Of a DNA stretch of 64,000 nucleotides, positions 1-11,600 are shown piece by piece. The stretch covers positions 143,592-207,591 of the forward strand of contig JAQGDQ010000389.1 of assembly GCA_030141605.1 (NCBI GenBank), given 5' to 3'. The notes beneath the pieces were generated by a model. It worked only from the letters and a program-made list of their open reading frames with translations, searched no databases and was not told the origin of the DNA. The stretch is from Tubiluchus corallicola. Its lineage: Eukaryota > Animalia > Priapulida. A program made the translations under genes and the position numbers. The first letter of the stretch is position 1. Each line of letters begins with the position of its first letter.

Positions 1-280
1 GTTAAACGATACTAATGTTTTTTTTATCACGATTCACTTTAAATTTTCAGATTATCTCCATTACTTTTTTTTCTATCACCGTGTGGGACAATCTAACAAG
101 CCCTGCTTTTTGATTGCCCGCAACACATTTACCTTCGTGTATAAGTGAACAGTGTGCGAGGCTTTTCCTGTGCAGTATTTCTTATTTGTATTACGTTCAT
201 TGTAGGCCCTTTCACTAGATATTGTATATGTAACCATTGTAAATGTGTAAGGTGAAATAAATGACTTACGACTAAATGAC
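1..280 (+). mobile_element. 3' end of a CR1/L2-like LINE (5'-truncated), copy 1
   Basis: Near-identical to 21225-21510 and 59247-59527 (both opposite strand). It encodes a 'FSITVW(D/N)NL' RT C-terminal-like remnant and ends in an AATAAATGACTT-type short-repeat tail. Confidence 0.6.
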
Positions 281-299
281 TAAACACCACCACGGAATC

Positions 300-686
300 A
301 AAGCTAATCTTTGGAACGACTTTGGAAATTTCATCTAGTCTGGTTGCTATAGCAACAGGATGAGGCAAAATTTCTTGCATAAGGTGTGCTAACATGTCTC
401 GCTTGATACAAACAGTGACCAATCAGAGAGAAAAAACAATTACTGTTATAGTAATTGCACTGTTTACATTACTATTGCGTATATAGAACAGAATAATGCA
501 ATATCTACTGTTTCAATGCATCAAATTAAGTAGGAAAGTCGTTGACGAATAAAAATTGGTTTCGAGCAAAGGAAAAATATCGTCGTTAAAAAGAAATGTG
601 CGTTGTCGATTGAAAAAAACGGTGTAAAATGTTTAGCGTTGTTAAAATGAAACGTCGCTAAACGGGGAGTTGTTAAGCGAGGACTG
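300..686 (-). mobile_element. Pogo/Tigger-like non-autonomous DNA transposon fragment
   Basis: Ends in ...GTTAAGCGAGGACTG, matching the TIR of 45514-47078; internal similarity to 45514-45905. Confidence 0.55.
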
Positions 687-1007
687 AGGACAATAATTTA
701 GCAACATGGAAAGAAAAGCTTTTGTACAAAACTGCACAAATTTGACAGGCGATGCATTAAAAAACATTTTTATGAAAGTTGGCACTCTGTAACACATTTA
801 ATGGGTGTAGCAAGACCAGCACCTACCTGACTATCAAAAACAATTCACTAAGTTGCGACACTAAACCGGGCATTGCTGCCTTGGGATCGGACATAAATAG
901 AAGATTTTAACTATTTTTCACATTTTTACGGACATTCTACATTTTATCTAAACTTCTTTTGAATTTGCTGATTAATTAGAATTCGATTAGTAATATTACG
1001 TAATTAC

Positions 1008-4000
1008 CAACAGGAAGTCCAACGAGAACGGGATCTTTTTCCTGCACGTGCAATTCGAGGTTCAAGTAAGAAGCCATGTCTTTCAACCAGACGGACGGAT
1101 TTTCCGGAAACTTGGCTTCGTCTACTGCTAACAGCTCCTCCAAGGCTTTGGCACTGACCTGTTAAAATGAAGCCAGTGTGTCATAGAGATTAGTAATTAG
1201 ACCCTTGAGACTCCATGACAGCATGGGATACCTAGAGCAGGGGTGTGCAAATTATGTGACTAGCCGGGCCACATTAAACTTTCCCACAATTCCTGTGGGC
1301 CACAGGCAGTTTGATCAAGGAGTCAAGTACAGAAAGACCTAATAACGATTTTTTTGCATCCGATTTGCGCACATCATTACTACTACACTCAAGAAACTGT
1401 TTTAGAAGTTATTAAAATTTATGTTAAAAACCATATATTTCGTCATGTCCGACAGTGACATTAAGTAACAACAATCTTGTAAGGGTTAATGCCATCCGAT
1501 CTAGAGGAAAAAACTACCCGCACTATCTTTGCGATATTGGTGCAGACTTCAGCTGGATCGCGTATGGGCCACACTTTCATTACATTGACAAACCTCTTCG
1601 CGGGCCGCACAAGATCTCTTGGTGGGCCGCAAGCGGCCTGCGGGCCGCAGTTTGCACACCCCTGAACTAGACCATGAGACTCCATGACAGCATGGGATAC
1701 CTGCAGTTTCCCTCCTTTAATGCAAAGACACGTAATAGAATGGGATCTGAACTGAATACATCTAAGCTAATCACGGCACTAAACCAATATAGATATGAAA
1801 TTTGACCAATGGCTATTACTAATGCTGGACACTCGCAGTGCAATACGTGTCGTGTTTCAAATTTTGCAACCATGTTTTTTGAAAGACAGTTTTTTATACT
1901 TCTTTGTATTTCAAAAGCTTAGACTCAGCATGCAACAGCAGAGCTGACTCAATGTACATGGTTGTGGCAAGACTGCAACCTATCTTTTCACTCGAACTAA
2001 CTTACTTTTAAGAAGAGATACTGAACTATCAGAGAATGTGCATGCTGCATACACTCATATCTCGGTTTGCTGGACCTCGTTTTGCAGATACCAGAAGAAT
2101 TGGACAAAATCTGGTCCATTAAAAGTCCCGCAAAATACGGACACAGTCCATTATTGCGCGAGCTGACCAGTAGTTGGCAGGCCGTCACTTTGTTTACATC
2201 ATGTACATGTATCAGTGCCACTACTATGTATAAAAATATAGAATTAATTGTGCATAGTTATTTGAGTCAATTGCCAACAGTTTTTATATACTTTTGCAGA
2301 GGAGTGGCTCATATTAGACTTTTCTGAGCCAATCCGAGTGATTGATTCTACATTACAGTGAGTCTAATACATGGCACCTACTGTATTAGCTTAGTATCGG
2401 GGAAAAATGGACATTCGCAAATTCGGATCGACGTCTCACCGCTTTTGTCCGAGATATGAGTGTATGATCATCTCAAGGAGGTAAACATGTTTATATTGGG
2501 CTGTTATGCAGAAAAAACAAGTACTGAACCTGGTGGTCATCCATCCAACTCTGATAAAAAACAGCGTTGTTTAACTTCACTTACAATGTGGACAACTTCC
2601 TTAACAAAATGAATACTAATTCATGGGTAGTATGGCAGACGAAATCACTCAGAATAAGTGTCGAACCATCTATCTCTGACCAGATTCAGCTTTGGGTCAG
2701 TGGGGTGGTTGACTTTGGTAACTTTTAGTTTTTTGGCACCCTTTCACCAATCACTTTAACATCACTAACTCAGATAATTTACTCATTTAACAATCTTCTC
2801 ACTAATAATTTAATAATCTTGTTGAGAGGCTAGGACTGTGTCGTGTTGAAGTTGTCATGATGTAGTGTAAATATGATATTATATTATAGTGTTAGTGGAA
2901 GCAAGTAATACTATGCTCGAAGTTTATAGTTAATTATAACTGGTGAAGTTGGCCTGTGAGATTTGGCCCACAAGCTTTGCATAAGCCTATCTTTGTGTGC
3001 TTTGTATGTTAGCCATCAGTGATCATGCAAAATGTTAAATCACCATTTTTTGGGAAACAGCTGTTCGAGCCTACATACATCTTGCACTAACATTTTATTA
3101 GTGTATAAACTATGCCAGCTGCATCACTGTGTTATTGTTTAACACTAGCAGTAATCTTCATTAGGCAATAGGCCCAATTAAAAATTAAGAGATAATTGAC
3201 TATACTACAGGGGTGCTGCAATGGCTGTATATTAAAAGCCAGATGCAAGTACTTATTTAAAAGATTTAGGTGCATCCATTGCCTCCACGGAACACTGAAC
3301 TGCTTTTTCTGTGTTTTGCTGTTTGTTGCTATTTTATAAGTTAACTTATATAATAGTGTAAGCTTTTTGGTACATTTTGTGGAAGTCTGTTATTGGTCAT
3401 AAGCTGCTTAATCTTTTTTATACAGTTTGTAAAATACATTGTCATATCAGTCCTAATACCCTCATAATAAAATATGTTGTTGTTACATGTCCTGTATTTA
3501 GTGTAAAAGGTGATAAATAAATGACTTACTTACTTTGCTTAACTGCAATTTAAGCTGCTAAGCATACACAGTAATGACTGTTCACTATGTGTCTTGCAAA
3601 AATGCCAACAGAAAGCCAAATGTCAACTAAAATTCAAATGCTGCATGCAATATATATATATCTGATAAAGATTTAAAATGAAAAGACCTTTGCTGCAGCA
3701 TCTTCCAGCGTAAACCAAGTGTCCTTTTTTCCTTTAGCTTCCGGTAGCCGTTGTTGTGCTTGATTTTTCTTTTTCTTCTGGACAGGTGGCACTATGCGTT
3801 GCTTACCGGCTGTACCATTCTTCTGCTGGTCTCTGTCTTGCGAAGATGTGCTTGGTTCTTTCTCTGCTATGCTGTCGTACATTGTCTTCGAAAGTTTCAA
3901 AGGTTCTAAAAAATACCAAACAGTAAATAAAAATAGACTGGGCAAAAGTCTAACAATAAATGTGCATATAATTTTAGCTGTCTAAAATTATTCAAAATTG

Positions 4001-4404
4001 ACATTAGCATGGTCCATTTATGCAGTCCATCTTCTTTAATTTTAAGTTTGAGTGCGTTACTATTATCTCTACAGCAAATGTAACTACGTAAAGGTCGTGC
4101 TATTAGAGACAGACAGCGCCATTTTGAATAGAGATCAATTAAGCATTATTTTACTTCGCTATGAAAACAAAATTTCTACTTTAGCAGTAGCACTAACGAT
4201 ACCTGTCTGTAAACAGTAAGTACAGCAATGTACAGGTCAACTGTCTAAGTTTCTAATGTTCAAGATTGTCTTACGTAAAGGTTCAATTCTAGGTGCATTC
4301 TCGGCATAAGCCTTCTTTTGCTCCTTCGAAATCTTTTGTCCTGGCTGTTTTTTCTTCGACTTTGACACGTATTCCCATTTATTTGTAGAAGTATTCACAG
4401 ACAT
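1008..4404 (-). CDS. TMEM214: Transmembrane protein 214, 5' part (first three coding exons; gene continues beyond the left edge)
   Basis: Exons 4404-4275, 3905-3688 and 1158-1008 have GT-AG boundaries and consistent phases (1,0,1). The translation MSVNTSTNKWEYVSKSKKK...WFTLEDAAAK|VSAKALEELLAVDEAKFPENPSVWLKDMASYLNLEL matches the TMEM214 N-terminal motifs (W-E-x-V-x-K; 'LEEAL'; 'NPSIWLKDLASYLN'). Confidence 0.88.
1238..1664 (+). mobile_element. hAT-type MITE (family A), copy 1
   Basis: TIRs CAGGGGTGTGCAAA...TTTGCACACCCCTG; homologous to 52421-52921 and 53955-54415, which have 8-bp TSDs. Confidence 0.85.
2052..2462 (+). mobile_element. Tc1/mariner-type MITE (family B), copy 1
   Basis: TA|CACTCATATCTCGG...CCGAGATATGAGTG|TA; further copies at ~19690-20745, ~26660-27071 and ~39605-39955, with fragments near 50815 and 53455. 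Confidence 0.8.
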
Positions 4405-4651
4405 TTTACCGTTACAAATAAAACACGCTGGCGGTTATAGTGGCTCTACCTATTGGGCAAATTAATCACAGACGTGGGCGTAAACGTCATTTGCCATTTA
4501 AATGACGTCATCCGTTATGGTTGCTGCTTCAGAAATTTTCTCTTTGTGACCTTTCCTTATTTTGTTAGTTTTGGAGTGTTTCTAAAAGTCATTTAGCACG
4601 AAATCTTGCCAGCTTAAAATACAAGTTAGTTAGAACGCGAATGAGTGAATC
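4405..4651. promoter_or_regulatory. Compact bidirectional promoter between TMEM214 and ARL5 with a perfect CRE (TGACGTCA at 4503-4510)
   Basis: Only 247 bp separate the two divergent ATGs. The gap is locally CpG-richer and has a central palindromic CRE and a GCCATTT (YY1-like) motif. Confidence 0.7.
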
Positions 4652-6152
4652 ATGGGTATTCTAATAACAAAACTATGGAGTCTGTTCTCAAATGAAGGTA
4701 ATTCAGTAGCATAATGTTAACAGTGAAATTTAAAATTGTTTTGTCTGTGTGTAGTATGTGTAAGTGAAAAATCTTTCGTTCTTATTACGTAGTAGTTATC
4801 GGCCTAGTACTGTAGCGTGATTATCATAAGTTGACAAACAAAAGCATTCATAACTGTATTTGTAGTTCTAACTTGTTCACATGGTAAAACAAAGAAGTAT
4901 AGTAACTAATGGGGCTGATCAAAGGCAATTATGTAAGTTATTGTAAGTAAGACTTAAGGCATCTATTGTCTAAAGAAGAAGAATGTATCTTACCTTCATG
5001 GTGAGTAAATCCTAAACTCCGTGTCTTGCACCAATCTCTCAGCCATTGAGTAGCTAGCGAAATACAACCTTGTGCAATTATTTTTTGCTGGTTTACTTTG
5101 CTCCTAATAAACCAAACTGCTATTGAAATAGTTGGTTTCTCGCACGGAGTTTTACATTAAGTTTATGTTTGAAACTATTTACATAAACTCGGTTATACTA
5201 AGGCAGAATATAGGTGACAAGAAGAACGCTGTCAGAAATTTTGTTTTTATCAAGTTTAAATTTTAGTTGTACATTAGATTAGATTAGATTATTTTTATTT
5301 TCTATATGCACCAAGATAACAAATACATACACATGCAAAAAATTATTAATTCAGAGAAAGAGTAATGAAAGGCTTTAAATTTATAAGTCAGAGCAAGAGA
5401 TTTTGAAAGGAAATGCAATAAAATCAGAAGTCTTGAAATGAACATTTTGGCTGCTGTAATTGAAACTTAATCGTTTCACTTTTCTGTGTCTTTATATGTT
5501 ATAAAAAAGCAAGAGCTTAACTGCTTGGGGTACTTGATTGCATTTACTATATTTACAGTTCTGCTTGTTGTATTCTGTTCTATGTTGTAAGTTGTCATGT
5601 AACTAATCTCAAGTCATGTTGTAAGTTTTCATGTAACCAATCTCAAGTTATGTTGTAAGTTTCATGTAACTACTTCTGAATAGAAATTTTCAGGCATGAT
5701 GGTTACCGCCGTTCACTTGAATCTTTTGGTATAATGGGAGACTTCGCGACTTTCCCTATGCGCGTTGTGGCTTTCTGTGAGCTACACGCCGCTTAAACTA
5801 ATTCAAAATTCTGTAGCTTACTTAATGTTCCCAATAATTAAACTCGGTTAAAATTCACAGAAATTGAAGATATACAGACTTCGCCAGAACATCTGATTTG
5901 ATAACACTCCATTGTTTTATCTTCAGTTTCGTCTAGTGGTAATGCGTCTGCTTTTCGTCTGGGAGGTCGTAAGTTCGAACCAGCGACCGGGTCATACCAA
6001 AGACTTTAGAAATGGTACCTGCTGTTGCCCTGCCTGACGCGTGGTATTTAGGGTAAAAGTGGGGTAATAATAGTCTTTGTTATGTAGTTACAGCTCTTTG
6101 AGCTAAACGTTAATTGTTGACCCAAAAGTCAACTTTAAATAAAGATTATTGC

Positions 6153-6186
<34 letters not shown>

Positions 6187-8563
6187 GGTTTATGCTTATA
6201 ATCTCGCACTGATGACGATTTGCAACAATTAACATTTTTTCAAAGAAAATTTAAATTTATAATACTTTTCAACACAATATTAGGAAAACCATAATGAGAC
6301 ATTCTACATAATTTTTCATTGATTTTGAAAAAGCCTTTATAAACTAGAGCTTGTGATAAATAACAACTATGCGTCAAGTTTTAGTTGGTTTTACAAAGTA
6401 AAGTTCATGATTTGAAGACACATACATGAATTGTATCAACTCATTTTTTGTACAGATATCAAGGAACTCATATGCATCATATCAAATTTCATGCTCGTTA
6501 CTGGAGACTTAAAGGACAAGCCAAGCCTTCTGGATATTTGAACTCATTTCAATGTCCGCGAAAACTGTTAGAAAGATTTAGTAATAAAACCGCAGTAAAC
6601 TCCTTGCGTAACTAGTACAATCACTTTAAAGTCGCTATCACTTCATGTTTGCGTGAATTTGAGACACATATTCTTCAAATGACGTTCATTTGTCTTGAAG
6701 AAAAGTAGCACGCTGTCAATCTGCATACTAAGTTTAAGTATACCAAGTTTTTGCAAAAACATTAGATTGCTAATTTTGTTATTTTTTTGCATGAACATTA
6801 GTAGGCCTAAGCTGCAGAAGTTTGAATTAGTTTAAGCAGCGCGCGTTTATGGAAAGCCACGATGCGCTTATGAGAAGTCACAAATACGTCAGGATTTTCA
6901 AGTGAATGGCGGCAACCACCACGGCTAAAAGTTTCTATTCAGAGGTGGTACAGTTTAAATTTATGCTTTATGGGCAGCCCTTTATAATATTTTTCTAAGT
7001 TTAAGTGATAACATTAAAATAAACCCAGAATACTAAGTGACTTGATCTTTCCTTTAATTGACGTTTACTTTTCTCTGTACATTTATAGCCTCTCGCGTGA
7101 ATTTATCGTGTCTTCGTTAGAATTGTACAGCTAGAGTCTTTTACAGCTCACTTATCATGAATTTATGATAGCCACAGACATCTTTTTATGCTTGCATAAT
7201 TGTTGACACGTGTTAGAGCTCTACTGAAGGTAAACAGACATTGCAACATTTGTGGTGACTAACCAGTAGAAAGCAAGTACAAATGTAGTGCTTGTCCTGG
7301 TCGGTATGTTAAAACACGAGACAACCCCTCACTTATGTTACAAAGCTTAAAAAATTGTTTTGAAATTCTATAGCATCTGTGTGTTATCTTATTGTATACA
7401 GGGCTTGCATTATAGTAGTAAATTATAGCAATGAAGCTGTATAAAACTGATAATTTAAACTCCCGGGATGACTATACAATGGTTTGGACAACACGGTTTA
7501 GATAAACAAGTTTATATAATTTTGCATAAAGTTTCAGAAAATAATTAGAGCTTTCGTAGGACACACTAATTAAGCAATGGATTAAATTACTATATCTGGT
7601 CAGTAAGATTAAAAGTACATTTTTAGTGAGCCGGTTGTGCATGCTGGGAAGGGGAATCAATGGTATTTTACCAATTGGTGGAAACAGTTTAGATTGAGAA
7701 GTTTCTTTTCTAGTTACGTAAAACTTCCAAGTAGCGAAGTAATAACATTTTGTGAAAAAATTTTTTGGATGCAGTTTAAAATTGGCTTTTCATTCCCTTT
7801 AAACTTACAGTTATTATTATTAGGATTTTTCCTAGGTTCCCGAGAGATTGCAGTGCTTACGAGGTAATTCTGACGTCATTATCCTGTATCTAGGAATTCC
7901 GCTTCTTCCGTTTTTATTATTCTTGCTTTACGCTGCCAATAAACTGGTTGTTGGATATATTGCCCTGGGCAAGTCTATGAGCGTACGCTCGTCTGTAGCT
8001 GCATTGACGACTGCGCAGTGCATGTTAACATTGAAGTTTCAGCTGGTGAAATTCACGATTTTAAAAATATGTCTTTGTTGTTTCTCGGATAAATTGGGCT
8101 AACGTCGCAGACTGCTGACTTAATAAAATTACTTACGTATGTATATATGTATGTATATGTATGTATATATGTACGTATATATATATATATATATACATGT
8201 AATACGTAAGTATATGTGTATATATATATATACATTAAGGTATTAAATTTATATTACATATATCAAATTTTAAACTATTTAAGTAATTTTAGTAGTTTTA
8301 GCACTTTAGCAGAGGCAAACATTCTCTTCTCATAAATCATAAAATAACGACGCAGTAGTTAGTATTGATATGTAAGATACGTAAACAATGGTTAATATAT
8401 GTAAACAACTGTAAGATGTGTAAACAATGGTTAATATTATTCTTTCTGCAAACTTTGAAATTCATAGTTTCTCTTTAATTCATGTGCTTAAAGTAATTAC
8501 GTAATAAGTAATAAAATAATATATATAGTATCTGTATATAATATATGTATATTGATAATAGTA

Positions 8564-8609
<46 letters not shown>

Positions 8610-8661
8610 CATGCAATTTTTAATTTATTGTTCACTTCAGCATATATATATATATACATAG

Positions 8662-8695
<34 letters not shown>

Positions 8696-11600
8696 TATAT
8701 ATATATATATATACATACATATACATATACATATACATATATATATAGTAACATAGAGAGAGATTTTAAGAGTGCCCTGTATTTCTGATTTTCTAATCTG
8801 ATAATTCTAAATGTGAAACATAAATTATGGAAGTGTCTCTGTGGAGAGGAAACACGTGTATTTATGCCTCTGTGAGAATCTATGCTTGCAAAAACCTTGA
8901 GAACTCTTATATAATTAGCTCACATGCACTGTGACTACGGCAAACCGGTCGTGTTTGAAATTATTATGAAAAACGAAATCCGAAGGACGTCATTTTGCTA
9001 TCAATGCTTCCCTTTGTTTTGTTTTTGTTTATTAGAATGTCCCAATGCAGTCTAGTTGTTTACATTTTGACACTTGTAAATGGGTTGCTGTTGTGTGAGC
9101 TAATATACCTGGGAATACATGTAACTGTATGTGGGTCATTCTCCACAGAACGTACAATTTTTGTCCCAGTATAATTTTTCTTAATAACAAAGTTTCTGGT
9201 TCGATACTGTCTCATGACTGGTAGACACCAAAGAAAGAGACTTATTCCAGTTGTATTTGTTGCCAGAAAAGTAATTTGGACATTTCTACTGAAGCTGAAA
9301 TCACTTCCTGTGAAAGTTTTTCCTATGTCCCCTGTGCCCATTTTCAACTTTTCCATTACGTTAGATTTGGGAGGAAGTATCCTTTTAAAAATTAATTTGC
9401 AGTATTTTATTCTAAACAGAACGCTAAAAGTGAAAATGATCTTCTCAAATACTTTCAGAACTAGCAAATATTTGTGTTGCTTAATTTCATGTGTGTCTCC
9501 GTGTTCATGTGTCATTCCTGTTACTTTAGTGGAAAAGCTGAGGCATGTACCACTGATTGACTCTATTGTTTTAAATATTTGTTAACAGAGAGCGCCACCT
9601 CTGTTGTGATTTGGCAAACTTTTTAATGGTGGCTTCTCCAATGTTTTTTTGAATTTCCTGACAAAAGTTTTGATTCATTGTTTCTGGATATGTTAATTCA
9701 TGGTCATTACTGTTACATATCCTGTTATTAAAAACCTGAACATAGAATACTTATGTGCAAACCAGGATTTCATTCTATAAGATCATATCAAATCAGTTTA
9801 AAGGACGAGAAAGGGGGTTATAAGTTTATTTATTTCCACTCTGCATCTAACAATTATAATAAAAATACAGATAATTTCACTGAAGTAAATATAAATATAA
9901 ATGCAATATTATCCAGAAATTACAAAATGCAACATATACATGTGCAAATTACATTACAGAATAATTTTGATGCATACAGTTTGAGCCTAAAAGCATAGCC
10001 TGACAGGCCAAACTGTACGTGGAAATCTTAAAAAAAGATTAATAATTGAAATAATGAAATAATGATAATATATACATAAAAGTGTGGGGGGAGTAGTGAA
10101 TGAAAGATGAAATGGAGCGAGAACTAAGAAAAACTGTGATCATGATTATAAAGTAGGTTTCAGAAAATGGATTTAAAAATTAAATTACTTTTATAACAAT
10201 TTTATGCATGAATCATACTCGTGTTGAAAGGACTTTTTTGTTTGTTTTCATTTTAAAATTTCCGTGACACTGTTCCGACCGCGCTATTACGTGACGTCAT
10301 ATACATACAGCGTAAATCAGGCGAAGAAAAGGAAATGTTAAACTATGACACAAACAACTTTGCGTGCAAAATTATAATGCTCTGCATTTTGCTTACCTGT
10401 TTGAAAGACTTATGTAAGTAGAAAAGAAAATTATTAATCTTTTAAAATGGTTTCACTATTTGGTAAAATGTTGCTGACTCGCCTCCAGGGTGCACCACTC
10501 ACTAACCAAAAACGTATTTTTGATCTTTTTGACAAGATACAGTAATTTCAAATTTTACTTAGTTTGTGACATGTGTGCCACGTATGCTCTGATTAGTTTT
10601 TCAAACTTCACACATTGTTTACAAGTTTTGTACAACATTACTGCCGACACAAGCCCTGCACGCAAAAAGGCAGTATGTAAGTGGTGTGAAATCTATTATC
10701 GCAATCTATTATCTTTCTTCCTACCATTTCCACTAACACATCCTTCTACCCTTCCTGTGTGATCTAACCTTTCTCCCAGTTCTTTTTTTTTGTTCACTCA
10801 TCCATTCTTTTTTTATCAGGTTCGCATGACAGTGGGCTTATACAAGCCTTTGCTTCTCTAGCCCACTGCAGTACAATTATTCTTTTATGATAACAATAGT
10901 GTATGAAACATAACAATTTAATATAGTAGATGTAATAATTTTGATGTCACTGTGTGCTTTATATTGTGCTGAATGTGATAATAATAATAAATAAATAAAT
11001 AAAAAATTTCGAGACGAATTTTTTAAGCTTTATGTAAGTTGAGAATTTTAAATTAAATCAACAAGATCAAACCAACACACTTTTAACATACTGCAAATTA
11101 AAAAATTGATAATTATTGAATAATATGATTAGAACGTTTAATTATGTTAATTACTGTTCTGTTAACAGCAGGTAAAGTGATTAGTGAAATTATTATAATG
11201 CACCGTGTACTGTACATTTTCACTTATTAAACTTATTTATCTTTTTATGTTTTTTTTTTCAGAACATAAAGTGATAATTGTCGGACTAGACAATGCGGGA
11301 AAGACGACTATACTCTACCAATTGTAAGCATCGTGATCGTAATTTAGTTAGATTGAATAATGTATGACTCTGTGATCTTGAGTACTGCGAGTTTAATATT
11401 TAATGTTGTGCTTGTGTGTTATGGGAGTTTGTATGGGTGGCGGATTTAGGGGGCGGGCTCTCCTTTTCACATTAAAAGTGAAAGTGGCAATACACCAAGT
11501 TAATATTTTCTCTGAATTACAAGTATTAGAACGATTTGCTAGATTCTAGAGGTTCCTTATATCTGTAAAAATCATATATCACAACAAAGCATATGAAAGT

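Noticed and set aside
795-960. Candidate fourth TMEM214 exon
   Set aside because: No phase-compatible acceptor giving a TMEM214-like translation; the next exon is probably outside the window.
5925-6000. Possible tRNA genes (also ~29483 and ~43625)
   Set aside because: A/B boxes are present but no intact cloverleaf; they are followed by SINE body or tail sequence.
9060-9585. 151-aa and 123-aa overlapping ORFs in ARL5 intron 1
   Set aside because: No recognisable domain or splice context; may be a decayed repeat, but I cannot support a call.
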